Of a stretch of DNA of 64,000 nucleotides, positions 24,667 to 39,332 are shown piece after piece. The stretch lies in contig WELB01000026.1 of the NCBI GenBank assembly GCA_009602725.1, forward strand, positions 159,990-223,989, written 5' to 3'. How positions within the stretch are numbered: the first letter of the stretch is position 1; the number at the start of each line of letters is the position of its first letter. This stretch comes from Spirogloea muscicola (Eukaryota). A program made the position numbers and the translations under genes. Under the pieces are notes generated by a model, which did no database searches, had not been told where the DNA came from, and saw only the letters and a program-made list of their open reading frames with translations.

Positions 24667-27056
24667 GGAGGCGGTGAAGGGGGGCAGGGGGATGGGGTCG
24701 TTGGGGGAGGCGTTGTCGAAGGGGCTGGTGGAGGGGACAAGGCGGGCGGCAGAGAAGAGGACCGTGAGGGCGACGATCGTGGGGAGGCAGGGACGCCAGC
24801 CGCGGCGTCCGTCACTGGCATCGAGGAGGTTGGCGACGGGGTTGGCAGCGATGGCGAAGCGGGGGATGACGACGAGGCGGTGTGCAGCGGCGGTGGCATC
24901 GTTGCGGGAGGCGACCAAGAAGGCAACCTCAGTAAGTGGTCTCCACGTTTTCCTTGTCCGTTCTTTTGGACTGACTTCTCACAACCCTTTTAGCAAGAGC
25001 TTACTTCTTCCCGGCTCCTATTGGACCTTATTTATATCCTGTGGGCTGGCTTTTCAGAGCCCTCCCCCCTGCTAGCTATTCTGAGTTGCATCTACTGACT
25101 AGAGGTCACTGAGAGTCCCCTTGCTGCCGTCTTAGCACTTAGTACCTTGCGTTCATCCGGCTCCTTCAGACTTTGTCCATTTCTTTGGGCTGGCCTCTCA
25201 CAGCCACCAGTCAATCCGGCCGCGCTTTGTTTAATGTACGTGATGTGCTTGCCTTTGTAATTGGCCATTTGGCCTTCGTTTGTTTCACATACACGTATTT
25301 TCCCCTTTACAAGAGCTATTTCTAGTTTTGAGCTCTCCCCTTTTAAATGGAGTGAGCTTTACAAAGATTACTTCTTTCCTTGCGTGCTGTCGGGTTTCAG
25401 ACTCTTCTAGTCGTTCTTTGTGAGTTGGCCCTTTCTTCCTTTCAGCTGACCCGAGCTTATTGAGCGCCTCTTGCTGACGTCTTGGAGACTAGTATCTTGC
25501 ACATTCTTTGGGCTGGCCTTTACACGTGAGAGAAGGCGCGCGGTGCGCATGAAATTGAAAGGGAGGCCAATTCTAGCCTTACAAATGTCCTGTTAGCTGG
25601 GTAATGAACTGGCTAAGGGGGACACTAATATCCCCGAGTGAGCACATACATATCTGACATGCTATACTGATGCGCCAAACCACCACCATGGAAGCCGTTA
25701 GCCTGGGCTAATGCACGACCAGCACGCTGGCGTATCGCGAGTGCCTGGGAGCGCTGTAGACTTAATAAAAGAAAGGGCTCGCCCATTGAGGATAGGGGCT
25801 GGAAAAAGCCAGCCCAAAAAGGAATGAACATAGGACGAGAAGCGGCCAGGGGAAGTACGAAGAACAACAAGCACAAAAAAGGAAGGAAAGGCGCGCGGGG
25901 CGCATGAAAAAGAAACGAAGCAGCTACGAAGCACTCAGTAACCCCTACTGAGCAGCCTCAGGTCAGAGAGACTGGGTTGTAGACATGAACACCTACGGTC
26001 CGCGCTACGCCAGCCTCAGCTGGCGTAGCGCAACTCGGAGGTAAAAGCAGCAGGTAAAGAAGGATGAGCTCTTCCGTGGAAGGCAATGGCTGTAAGAAAG
26101 TGGCTCTCTCACAAAGAAGCAAGAGAGGAGGCCAGCCAGGAGGCCATCCAGCCTGAAAAGAATCGACAAGGTCCGAAGGGGCCAAAAAGCGCTTTTCCAA
26201 AAGCTTTTCAGGTAGGATGATTACTAGTATCCTCTAATTAGGAGCCTCAAATGAAAACGACAAGCAGCCGGAAAGCAATCCCCTTGACAAAAGCCACGGG
26301 CTGCAGCTAGAGCACGGCCAGCATGCAGATGCAAGGCGTGGGCCATGGACCGCTGGAGTAATATGGACAGGCGCATGCAATATGTCTATGCTAGCGAGCC
26401 AGCGGCGTTGAAGTCGGCCTGCTCGCCTCGCATTCACAGAGAACAGCGCTTCTATATTGACTTCCAAATCGCATTTTCAAGACACAGCGCGTCGAGCAAG
26501 CCTGGCCAATGGGTCAAGCCACTGAGACCCGAAAGGCCCGTGCACATCAACGGCCAGTGGGACGAACCCGTCCCCTTCCGGGTGGTCCGCCCCTCCTTGC
26601 CACGAGCTGCGAACGCCACGAGCGGCGTTCGCAGCTGCATGTCCAGCCTGTGGAAACCAGCTAAGGAAAATTGGACAAGGATTGACCAAGGAGAGGAAGG
26701 CCTTCGCTTGCCCTCTTGCGGCGTGCCGCTTTTCCTGCTTCGAGTTGTGTTGCTCACCCGTGGATACTGAGCACCTATCTGCATCTGGTGTGTAGTTCTG
26801 TCTTTTTCGGCATCGTTTTGTGGCCTGTGTGGCCTTCGGATATTGTCCATTTCTGGGCTGGCTTTGCAAGCCCCTCTTTTCCTATGGGCGAGCGATATCT
26901 CTGTGCCTCGCTCACCACCTGCTCATCGGCTTGGCCACTCAGGCCCCTCCATCGCTCAAAATTTTGGATTCTTTGTTTGTTGATCTTCTAGTTTCTATAC
27001 ACACTCCATGGCCTGCTCGTCGCTGGCGTAGGCCAGCGAGCGAGCTCAGGCCAGCC

Positions 27057-28580
27057 ATGCCCGCCCCTCCCGCCGCCGACGCCGGCCCCCGAGCTTTGCC
27101 GCCGGCACCGGCGGTCCTCGAGGAGGCCTTCTTGGCCTGCCTGGACGCCGCCGACCGGCTGCTCGCCTCCAGGGAGGCCCTCTCCCGGGCTCTGCAGGCG
27201 GTGCGCTTTCCCCATCTCCGCTGCCCTCCCGCGCTCGATGCCACCACACCGTCTACGCGCAAGCAGCAATAGTCCCACTCGAGTTAGCTTCCTGTCGCAG
27301 GGCTGGTTCGACCTTGCTCGAGCCCGCTACTCCATGGGGCCGTCCAGCATTGGGCGGCTGCAATACGACGCTTCCCCCTCGCTCGCGCCTCCTGCAACGA
27401 CCGTCGGCTTGGGTGAGCAAGGGCATGGTAGCCTCGCCAGAGCGCCGACAAAGGGCGCTGTGACTGTGCAGCACGGTCGAGCTCGGGCCAGGACTCGCAA
27501 GTCGTCCGCGCTTGGCAGATAGAAGCCTTGCTTGCCTTCAGGACTCCACCTGGACTAAGCAGCACGGCTGCTTTTGCAGCTGCCGCTGGCGATGACGGCG
27601 TGCGTCGGCTGATACTTCAGGCACGCCAGGCAGGACAGGGGGAACAGGCGGCGGGCAAGCCGCCTTGGGTCATAGCTCCTGGCAGCCCTCCATCTCCAGC
27701 AGCAGCTTCTGGCAGCCCTGAATTGGACGACCTTGTGTCATCAATCAGCCTGGCAGCCAGCCCCTGTATGGAGGAAAGAGCCACGCCTTGCACAAAGGTC
27801 AGGTGGTTGTGTGACTGTCCTGCAGCTCCTGGGTGGACTCGTGATGCCAGTATCATGCTGTGATGGAAATGCTGCAGCTCCTGGATGGTCGTGCACACCA
27901 TTGATCACGCTGTGATGGACTGCTTCCTAGGCGAGTTCACCTTGATAATTTGTTGTTTCAATGACGATGCCACGTACATTTGATGGCGGCAGTCAGTTGA
28001 CAAGCTTAGCAGGGATGCTCTACGCTGGTTTGGGACCTTAGTGTCGCCTCACTTGCGGGTGGCCTCAGCTTCGTTCCAAGAAGGTCGAGCTTGCGAGGTC
28101 ACTTATTGCTTGTGTTGACATGGTTGTCATCCGTACGTACAGCTCAGTGCAAGCCCTTCTGATTGCTTCCATTGCTTGCCCTCTTCTTTCAAATTACTCC
28201 TGGCTTGCAAATGAGGTGCTTTCTCAGACAAGCCAGTTAAGTGCATGGATGTTGGTCTGCTGACATGAGACTCTGACTGCAGCCCTCCAGCTTGCAGTGG
28301 AGGTGGCCAATACGCAATCACAAGTTGATCACTTGCGCGCTCGTTACTTGGAGCTTAAAGGTGAGCAACTGCACAATTGTAACACTGCTAAACAGGGGTG
28401 CTTGTGTCCTACTGGTGGTTGACATACTTGACTGAAACTCTGTCCTCAGAGTGGCACCACATGGAGGTCCCAGGAAACAACAAAGCAGATGTTTCCTACA
28501 ACAATTGTAGCAAGAGCGACGCTATGGCCCCTGAGCCAAAGCTCAACACTCAGGACCTTGCCAGGATTGCAAGCCCGTAA
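27057..28580 (+). CDS. CCDC115: CCDC115/Vma22-like V-ATPase assembly factor; multi-exon
   Basis: LSRALQA|GWFDLARARYSMGPSSIGRLQYD and DALRWFGTLVSPHLRVASASFQE|ALQLAVEVAN; last exon and stop less certain. Confidence 0.8.
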
Positions 28581-28863
28581 TCAGCAAAACTTTGTCAATG
28601 AGGGATGCCTGTTTGCATCACATCAAGGAGACGTGTATACTAGCTGCAATGCTCTGTTGTTCTGACAAATATGCCAGCAGGCCAAAGAACGGGAATCATT
28701 CTGTTGTCGACCTGTTCCCCCTGTTTGGCGCGACACAAAGGCCCGCTTCCTCCAAACAGCGATGAGCGAGCTCCAAGCTTAGGGCAAAGCAGGCGTTTAA
28801 TAGGTACATCTATCCGCTATAGTGGGAGCGAAACAATGGCCAGTCCGGGCCATCCAATGGCCA

Positions 28864-31343
28864 CTATATCGTCAAGTCCTCTGGGCTGTAATATTCTTGC
28901 ACCAGTCTGTACATGTAAGATGGATTGTGACCTCCACTGCAACCATACAGGCAACAAATTACTGAAAAATCGTTCTGGTGCTCATTTGTAATCAGCTGGA
29001 GCTTGTATACGCCGCGGAGGCCCATTTGGCACAAGCACGCACTGTGCAAAGCTGCTAAAGTCATAAGCAGTGGCATGGGGAGCTAGACTGTCTTACGTGT
29101 CTGTTATGAATAGAGAGATGAGATGTGGAGGAATATAGTCGAAGGCTGGATTCAGCACATGAGCAGGAGGAGAGCCAGGAGCACCCGCCAAACATGCAGC
29201 ATAGTCGCCCACGGATAAGATGGCAGCTGGCGACTTGAGCTCGTTCAATTGCGACGGATGATTCTGTGGGAACAGGGGGCACAGCTGCCCAGGAACCAAA
29301 GAAGCAGTGTCACGCACATGCAGAAGGGTGTGCATAATCAGCAAGTCCAAGCCCTATATTATGCGGCTGCAAGTCATGGAGCTCCTGACCTTGAAGACAG
29401 CAGCGAGCACAACGAAGGGTACAGCATGTCTTTGAGCAGCCAAGGCTGTCATGTGCAGTCCCACAGGTGCTATGACGCCTCCGTCAGCCATCACAGCATG
29501 TGCTGCAACAATAACCTGCCACATCCTGCTGGTCAAGTCCAACCCAATGTGCTACAACAGGCATTAGCTCATGATACATCCATAGCAGCTGCCTAACTAA
29601 CTCTCAGCAAGCTGACAGCACGAGCCTTACCATATTAATGCGGGCCATCATGGCAAATATTGCTGAGTCAGTTATCGATGTCGTCTGAACTCCCACTGCG
29701 GCGAGCTCCTTCGCAAGAATTTGTCCATCATATCTGAAAGTTGAAATAAAGAATACTATCGAACGAACAAGGTCCAAGTACAGACATCAGACAAGAAAAT
29801 GTGGAGTATCAGACATGTAGAGGGTGTCAATCAAACCTTGGAGCACCTTCTGCCACAACCACCTGGAACAAGCGCTTCTTCTTTGCCTCTTTGAAGAATT
29901 TCAACAGAGTAGGGGACCGACCCACTGTCAGTATTACTTCACTGCACAGCACGAGCCCAACCTTCTTGTGAGTATATCACGGTACATTACCGCCTTAAGG
30001 TTCGCAATGAAACCTGAATCCGCAAGTTGTGAACGCTGGGGGCGTTTGGCTAGACGCATTCCTGCGAGGTGACCACCTCCGTCCAGGAGGAGTCGATGCT
30101 TTACTTTTGGTGGATGTGCTCCAGGGCCTGGTCCGCCACTTGGGACGAGTAATTGTTGATCTCGTCGAGTAACTCATTCACCCCCTCAATGACGTTGTGC
30201 TTCAATCTCCAGCTCCAAGAATGCTTGCCTTTCCCAACTGTTGTGAGCAATGGGGGTCGCCAAATCAGCAGGAAGATGACACTGACCCCTTACTACCTTT
30301 GAGATCAGAATTTATTGGACACAGTAGTGCTAGACAGCAGCCCTTCACTACCCAAGCTTATGTGTTCGCTCCATGTGAAGCTGTGAAGCGGCATGGACGT
30401 GATGACAGAACACCCGAGAACAACAGTGTAGCTTTTTTGAATGCAGCTGGAATGATGGCTCGCAGACAGGTAATGAAGAGCGAGGATTACGCTTGCTCTT
30501 GACCTCCGACTCCACCGGACTGGCATAATCTTGGGCACTGCCAGCTTCCTGCCTCAACCTGGTGGCACGCTCCACTGGGAGCTCCAGCAGATTGGACAGA
30601 GAAGGGGCACGGAGTGCGTTTATGTTGGAGGCCGCTGCCGATTGTGCGGCGCTTCCGTGCTGGCGGCTCAGCAGATCAATTGCTCCATTGGGCTCCGAGC
30701 TCTGGCCAGACACGGGGGCAGCTGCACTTGCGCTGGCCTCAGCGAGAAGAGCCACATCCTCCTCGCGGATGATGTGCAGGACGCGCCTGACTATGTTGCC
30801 CACTGCGAGCTCTGATCGCAGCAGGCCTCGTGGCAACGATGGGTCAGTAGTGAGCAAGGAAGGGCACAAGCCAGCTGGGCGAGGCGCAAAGGCGATGCGC
30901 CCACCGGTGGGGTTGGCGGCAGTGAGGAGGCGCCCGACGGCCCTGACAGCGTCAAGGAGCGCGGGGGCGGCGGGGCCGGCAGCGGGCATGCGGTGCTGCG
31001 AGATGACTTGCCGCAGCAGCTCGGCGGTGCGCCGGGCACTGTGGATGGACCCTTCCACCTGCCTGCGGGCAAGCAGAGGAAGCGGCTGCTGGGTACTCTG
31101 GGGCGGCTGCGATGGCCAGCCAAGCGCATACCGAGGAAGCTGTGGAGTGCCATGTGCGTGGGCCGCAGGCTGGCCTGTTCAGGCCGTCTCAGTGGCTCAG
31201 TCCCAGCAGTGAGAGTGGAGAGGAGGGCAAGAGCCGGGGCCCTCTCTGCGCGTCTCCGCACCTCGCCCTGAGCTCTCCGCGTCTCACCTCCGGCGGAGGC
31301 GCGCGGCCAGGTCGGCGACGAGGGCGGGCAGCGCGTCGGCCAT
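28864..31343 (-). CDS. EIF2B2: Translation initiation factor eIF2B beta subunit; multi-exon
   Basis: ARRTAELLRQVIS, ELAVGNIVRRVLHIIREE, DQALEHIHQ, AHAVMADGGVIAPVG, VLNPAFDYIPPHLISLFITD, GGHNPSYMYRLVQEYYSPED. Confidence 0.92.
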
Positions 31344-31409
31344 GCGGGGCGGCCCGGCGAGGGCAGGTAGCGAGCTGGGCGCAGCCGAGCGAGCGGAGGC
31401 CCGGTTGGG

Positions 31410-32431
31410 CTTCAGCCTACTTCAACGCCGCTGGCTCGCTAGCGGCGTCGCTAGCGCAGGTTTCGCATGCGCCTGCCCATATCCCTCCAGCCTCCCTTTC
31501 AATTTCATGCTCACCGCTCGCCTTCTCTCCAGCAGTTTAGCAGTCTACTTTAGCAGCAGGCGATGTGCATCTGTCAACGTACTTGCCTTCCTTTTCCTTT
31601 TTTTCTTTTGTGCCTTCTTGGCACGCTCAGGCCCTCCATCACTCAATACACACGCCATTCTTCCAGCGGTCCTTGGCCCACTCCTTGCATCTGCGTGCTG
31701 GCCGTGCTCTAGCTGCCCATTCCTTTGGGCTGGCCTCTCACAACCACCAATTAGTTTGGCCGCGCTTTCTTCTAGCTTCAATCTCTGGCTTTCATCAAAT
31801 GGACTCCTTTCTGCTGACTCAGGGTCACAAAGCTCCCCATTTTCTGTAGTCTCTCAAATAGCTGTGTGATTTTGTCGCCTTCCGGCCCTTCTTCTTTCTT
31901 CTCTATGGGCGAGCACTTCTTCTTCCGAACGGCGGTGCACCGCCTACTCGGCCTCCACCCACCATGCCTAGGTGGAGTACAACAATGCGAGTGCGGCGAG
32001 CGCAGCCCGGACGCGGCGTCACTGGCGGCCCATATGCTCCGGTGCGCACGGGGAGGGGAGCGGACCGGCACACACGACCTGCTCCGGAACGCGATGTTCG
32101 GCATATTTGTCGAAGCCGGTTACATGGCGCTGGAGAACTCCAGCATCATGCCTCTGACTGCTGGGGCGGACGGCCGCCTCCACACCCGGCGCGCCGATCT
32201 CGTCGCTCGCGCGCTCGGCGGGGGGGAAGTGCGCGCCCATAGAGAAGAGGGGCTGGCAAAGCCAGCCCAAAAAAGAATGGACAATGTCCAAAGCCGAAGA
32301 AAGAGGAGCCGGAGAAAGGACTACACTACAAAACATTGCAGAACACAGAAACGATGCAGAGGAAAGCTCAGTACCCACGAGTGAGCAACATCAGGTCTGA
32401 GTAGCTCGCTGCAGGGAAAGAGGCACTCCGT
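31410..32431. mobile_element. Cluster 3 proximal part: degraded RLE fragments, a + strand knuckle fragment (31920-32225) and a family B tail (32226-32431, -)
   Basis: FRTAVHRLLGL..CECG..HMLRCARGGERTGTHD; SYSDLMLLTRGY* and tail. Confidence 0.8.
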
Positions 32432-32439
32432 TGTGACCC

Positions 32440-34790
32440 AGACCAGGCTGAACACTTCTCTGGCCCGATGTTGAGGCCGAGGGTGTGAGCTTGCGCTCCA
32501 AAGTGCTGTAAACGCTGGTGACTTCAGTTGGGGGCCCCACCAGGGTGGTGTCGTCTGCGGAGCTTGGGATTAGCACGGCAGGGTGGGCCTCCGCCGTATT
32601 ACGCAGCGCACGTAGGTGTGCCAATGCAAAGAGGAACCCGCCCAAAGGGTCTCTCTGCCGGGTGCCTGTGCTGGATTGCAAGACCACCTGTGACGTGCCC
32701 GCTCCTCAGAGCAGTCGGGAGGGAGCTCCGTAGGAGCACCGGAAGAAAGGGATGAGGGAGGGAAAACGTGTGCGCAGCTCCTCGGCGATGATCCCTCCGT
32801 CAATGCTGTTAAAGGCATTCTTCAGGTCCACTGATAGGGCTATCCAATCGGGGTTGCAGTCCAGGGCAACACGGAGACCATGAACCATTGTCTCAGCGCC
32901 AGCAGACAGCCCTGCGCCAAACTGGTGGGAGAGAAGTGGAGCTGCGCAGCCTCTCTGTTCTGCTGGAGTAGGGTTTTTGAAACCAGTCGGGTAAGGACCT
33001 CGCCCGACGCAATTGGTCGGATGCCTCCACTGGGCTTGGAGAGACCGAGCAGGGTGCTGCTGGTAAGTGCCGCCTGGGCCTTGGGTGGGAGGAGGCCGCG
33101 CGCCACCGCTTGGCACACTTTGTGCAGCAAACTGAAGTCACCTGCCTCGTCGTCGAGCCAGAGCTCTCGAGGGTGTTCAAAGAGCATGCCCGAGGGCCCT
33201 CCAGCCGCTGCTTTCCGGCTCTGCACCAGCGCCGTCCGAAGAGCTCTGGGTTGAGGTCCACCATGGTCGGGGGCTGCAACTCCTCGAGCCAGGGGGGTAG
33301 GGGGGTGGAGGGTCCTGAAAGCAGCAAGGGTCTCTGCGTCGTGAGGTGCTGGGGTGGCTGGGTCCAGAGCTTGGGCAGCTCGGGAATGTCCCCTGCGCGG
33401 CCAAAACAAATGGCTCGGCGGACAGCCTCTCAGGTGGCTGGGGTGGGCCGATTCGCCTGGGACACATGGACAGCTGCGCGATGCTCCCCCAGGAGCTGCT
33501 CCCACGCACCACCTTCAAAACGCTGAATCCCGGCTAGCATCACCGCGCGTTGGCTTGGACCACTTGGAAGGGGTCCAAGGACCAGGCGAGGGAGGAGCTG
33601 CCAGACAGTCCACGCAGCTTCGTCGAAGCTGTTCCGAGCCATACGAGTGAGTATGGGCCGCGAGGCTCGCTGGATGTGTGGCCGTGCCCAGTGGGGATGT
33701 GCCGCAAGGTGGGCAGACTGGGTTCCAGCATGACCGCATGTAGGTCCAGGAGCCTTGCCCAACGGCGAGGGAGCTGGGGGAAGGGGCGCCGGGGCTGGGG
33801 TGCCGGGCTGCCGTCGTCGGGTAGCGGCCTCAGCGAGGGCTTGGGTCTGCTGCTTGGCGCGATTGGCCTTCGTGGAACAGTGGCTCTCGTGCATGCGAAC
33901 GCTCCGCAGGCTAGGCCAGGGCTGCTGGCAGTACTGGCAGGTTTGGGGGACAGCTGTAGCGGCAGGGCGTGTGGATGGAGCTGCTGCAGCTGCAGGGATG
34001 GCGGGAGTAGGAAGGAGAGGCGGGAGGGCTGAAGCCATCGGGGGCTGGGGCCGACGACCCCTCCTGCGCCTGCTACTGGAACCACTTGTGCTTGAAGTAG
34101 CCACATCAGCGGTAGTGGCATCAAAAGCGGCAACGGCAGCAGCAACGGCAGCGGCAGCGGTAGTAGCAGGAACGGTGGACATAGGAGGGGCAGTTGGAGG
34201 GGCAGGGGCCGCCACGGGTGGGGTGGCAGTGGTGGCACCAACAGGGGGCACGTCTGAGTCTGTGGGCGCACTGGCAGGGGGAACTTGCGGGGATGTGGAG
34301 GGGGGGGTGCGCAGGTCACTCATACTCAGGCCGTCTCCGCCCCGGGAAGTGGCGACGGTGGCCACTCCACCCTCCCTGCGGGCAATCTTCCTGGCCCGGG
34401 GTGGCGGCTTGTTGGGGCAAGCCCGCTTCGGACGAGGAGGCGGCGACCGCACGCTGGAGAATGACATACACGCTGCGGCATGAGTGGCAGGGTGCAAGGG
34501 CGTGCTCGGCTGCGGTGCGACGGACAGCGGTGCTGTTGAGGGAGGCGGGGCGGGGAGGCGATTGACGGAGGGGGACGAGCTCGGCTGCAGCTGTGGCAGA
34601 AGGGGCTGCGCCACGGTCGGGGGGGCCTCGGGGCCTGGCGCGGCATGGAGCGGGGCGCCCGAGGGCCCAGTGGAACGTAGACCGTCAAGCGAGACCGGTG
34701 GCGGGCCGCCCCACCAACGAAGGGCCTGGGCCTGGGCCTGCCCGTCTTGCCGCGCGCGCCGCGACGAAGCTGCGGCTGAACTCGCCATGA
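32440..34790 (-). mobile_element. Second family G copy (N-terminus, finger, RT up to the ADD motif; 3' half missing)
   Basis: Collinear with about 21820-23897; YADD changed to SADD; the 5' border near ATG 34788 is tentative. Confidence 0.85.
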
Positions 34791-35434
34791 CGTCCCCAGC
34801 GTCCCGCTGGAGCCTTGCCCGCCCACTTGACGCCTCTCGCCATCCGCCGCTGGCTTCCCTATGCTGGTTCAGCTCGCTCTCCTCCCGCTCTGGCGGCCCA
34901 GTCGCCTCCTGCGCTGCTGCTGCGGAGCTCTGCTCCGAAATGCACCCCGTTTGCTGAGCCAAACAACAGTGGGTCCAGCCATGGTTTCTGAGGCCCACAC
35001 CTTGGACCTTCACCTGCAAAGTACGCACTGTTTACACGGTGAAGTCCCAGTCAAATCTCCCATACAAGAAGCTCTACTGTCTACAATCGGAGGTACCAGT
35101 AAAATGTACTACCTGCCTGCATTCCACGATGTACAGTCAGGAGTGGCTGACACCTGCTTTGCATGAAACCAATCCCCACTGAGAAGTTACCTCTTGCCTG
35201 TGCAACTTGTCCGTCGTCAATGAAAGGCATCCTGAGCTCTGACCAACACCCCTACCCAAACAACAAAGTGCAGCTAGCTGCTCATAGACTATAGATGAAT
35301 AGCCAACTGCAATCTGTCGTCATGTTGGCAGCTGGTTGTAGACAGCCACCTCATGAACGTGTAATTGCCCAAGGTGATCTCGCCTCCAGATGATACACTG
35401 ATCTCAAGAAGGCTTGTGCATCTCTGTGCACAAG

Positions 35435-37571
35435 TCACCCTTCATCACCTCTCAAATCCATAGATCTGGTGACGGTCAATGCTCTAAGACCAGCCACCTT
35501 GTGCACACCCACTCGCAGACCAAGTTGTCGAGCTTGAGCTCTGGCTGCAGCCCTGGCCGACTTCCCCAAGTAGGGTGACAGTCGGAAAGTCATTCCCTGC
35601 TCGATAGTGCAGTGGCCCCAACCCACCTCCCTACTAAGTTCGGCTTCTGTTGCAGTGCTTTGAGAATCTGGTGCTTGCGATGCAAATTTACGGATCATAT
35701 CAGCTGACGCCCTCTCCCACAGAGGAGCGGCAGCATCTAGAAACTTCTGGGCATGAGTCACAGGCAGGAGTACGTGCCCAAGCTTGCACTCTGCTGACCC
35801 CCGGTTGCCGTGATAATCAGAGCCCCCGACTTCGAGAAGCTTGTGCTGCACGGCCAAAGCCCCAAACCCTGGACCGTTCCAACAAAAGTGGTCAGTCAAA
35901 CTCCAGGACAATTATGTCACAAGAAGATACATCTGCAGCAGTCAAGCCTTCAATTGCAATGCAATCAAGCTGCAGACTTCTCAACAACAGGAGCATTGAC
36001 CACATTTACCAGATTGTCTGCCATCACTCCTGAAGACCTCGATGCCGTGCAGCCCAGCCAATTTGAGTTCTTCCACCAAAGCATGCACTGAACCCTTTAT
36101 CGTCCAGGGATGGGCAAGGATAGCAACGCCCCCAGCTGCTGTCACAAGCTTCACAGCTTCCACAACAGCGATCTCTGCTCCGCTGCAGGGTCAGCGTCAA
36201 ACAGGACACTCAAGCCCCAGCTAGTGTGCGGGCACCAGCCAAGTAGCAACACTTTGCCAACTTGTTGATGCAGCAGATTGCTCACAAGCAGGAGCTGCAG
36301 CGTCACAGGCAGTCACGCTGCCTGACGGCGGAACTGACTTGGCATAAGCTGGCCCATCATCGTGCAGGTACTGTGCAAATGCTTCCCGCATGTTGTCCAC
36401 GTGGCCCTGCTCCATCAAGGCTTGTGCAATGTGCGCCCTCCCAGGTGCCACATCTGCCCCAGCCACCTGAAGGACGTGCGTCCAGCTCAAGGTCCTGCCA
36501 AGGGCCTTCAACTTGTCCACCATCTTTCTGGCCCTCCTAAATCTCCCCTCTCGTACTTTACTCAGGCAACTCAAGAGCTTCCCGCAGTCGAAGGGGCCGC
36601 ACAAACCAAAGTATGCAAGCAAATGTACAGGACCACCTCTTCTTTCGGACTGCTGCCTGGATCTGCGAGCGATGCACAATGCAAGCTCTGAGCTCTTGGA
36701 TGTACGAGCTTGAGCTGGCACAAGAATGGACAAGTCAAGCTTCCCTGAGCACAAGCAATCACAGACAAGATGGGCAATGTGGCGGGGCTGTATCTGATAC
36801 GGATGATCTTACTTGGTGCTCTGATTATTTTCTGGGGTAAAGTACGTGCTGATCTCGATGCCTGGTAAAATGCGAACTTCAACTTCTGCAGCAGCTGCCA
36901 GGGCACGGCCTACGCCCGCCATGGTGTCGTGGTCTGTCAAGGCCAAAACTTTCACCTGGCAAGATCAGCTCAGAGCGCCTTTTGCTCTGTGACTCTTACG
37001 AGGTTGAGGAGAAAGAGCTTGTGGCGTCAGTATCTCGCTGATCAGCATCATGCAAAGCAATGCAGTGTGAAATGTGGCAGCTGCTTGTGCTGCGCTGGTG
37101 CATTGTGGCACTACATCGGCACGCCTTGACATGGCAACCTCGAGAAAGCGAGTGCGGAAGGATGCTGGCGCTATCACTGGCGCCATCGCTGCGTGTTGTG
37201 CGCCGGCATGGAAGCCGGCCGTGAGACCCAAGCCGCAGGGCTTCGTGCTCGGCGGGGCAGGCACAGAGCCCGGGGGCGTGCGTACCCCTCGTCTCGCAGC
37301 CTCGGCCACCAGCTCCTCGGGCGAGAGCACGCCGTCGCTGCAGGAGCTGTGCGCGTGCAGGTCCACCAGGGAGGGCGCCGGGACCAGCGCATGGTGCCGG
37401 CTGAGCTGCAGGCCGCGCGGCTCGGCCTGGCGCTCGCCGTCGCTGCCAGACGAGCTGGCCTCGGACCGCGACGAGCCTCCGGAGGCCCCGCCGACGTCCT
37501 GCGGCGCCGGCGGGCGGAGGCGCAGCCGCTGCGCGTCAGTCAGCCGCAGCGGCGCGCGCGCGGGCGGCGCT
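35435..37571 (-). CDS. PHP-domain phosphoesterase (TrpH/YciV-like); multi-exon, start probably in the gap
   Basis: VDLHAHSSCSDGVLSPEELV, LALTDHDTMAG, PVHLLAYF, GRAHIAQAL, GGVAILAHPW, GLHGIEVF, GGSDYHG. Confidence 0.88.
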
Positions 37572-38304
37572 NNNNNNNNNNNNNNNNNNNNNNNNNNNNN
37601 NNNNNNNNNNNNNNNNNNNNNNNNNNNNNNNNNNNNNNNNNNNNNNNNNNNNNNNNNNNNNNNNNNNNNNNNNNNNNNNNNNNNNNNNNNNNNNNNNNNN
37701 NNNNNNNNNNNNNNNNNNNNNNNNNNNNNNNNNNNNNNNNNNNNNNNNNNNNNNNNNNNNNNNNNNNNNNNNNNNNNNNNNNNNNNNNNNNNNNNNNNNN
37801 NNNNNNNNNNNNNNNNNNNNNNNNNNNNNNNNNNNNNNNNNNNNNNNNNNNNNNNNNNNNNNNNNNNNNNNNNNNNNNNNNNNNNNNNNNNNNNNNNNNN
37901 NNNNNNNNNNNNNNNNNNNNNNNNNNNNNNNNNNNNNNNNNNNNNNNNNNNNNNNNNNNNNNNNNNNNNNNNNNNNNNNNNNNNNNNNNNNNNNNNNNNN
38001 NNNNNNNNNNNNNNNNNNNNNNNNNNNNNNNNNNNNNNNNNNNNNNNNNNNNNNNNNNNNNNNNNNNNNNNNNNNNNNNNNNNNNNNNNNNNNNNNNNNN
38101 NNNNNNNNNNNNNNNNNNNNNNNNNNNNNNNNNNNNNNNNNNNNNNNNNNNNNNNNNNNNNNNNNNNNNNNNNNNNNNNNNNNNNNNNNNNNNNNNNNNN
38201 NNNNNNNNNNNNNNNNNNNNNNNNNNNNNNNNNNNNNNNNNNNNNNNNNNNNNNNNNNNNNNNNNNNNNNNNNNNNNNNNNNNNNNNNNNNNNNNNNNNN
38301 NNNN

Positions 38305-39332
<1,028 letters not shown>

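Larger units (their letters stand above)
13694..26900. mobile_element. Cluster 2: 13-kb nest of CRE-like retrotransposons between divergently transcribed genes
   Basis: Two near-full-length RT elements plus more than 15 truncated 3' ends of several families. Confidence 0.9.

Noticed and set aside
13694..26900. LTR, DIRS or Penelope interpretation of the terminal repeats
   Set aside because: No integrase, tyrosine recombinase, RNase H or GIY-YIG motifs seen; RT followed by knuckle and RLE with 5' truncation indicates non-LTR elements
33430..35028. 532-aa ORF as a host gene
   Set aside because: Most of it is the family G N-terminus, shared with 23100-23897
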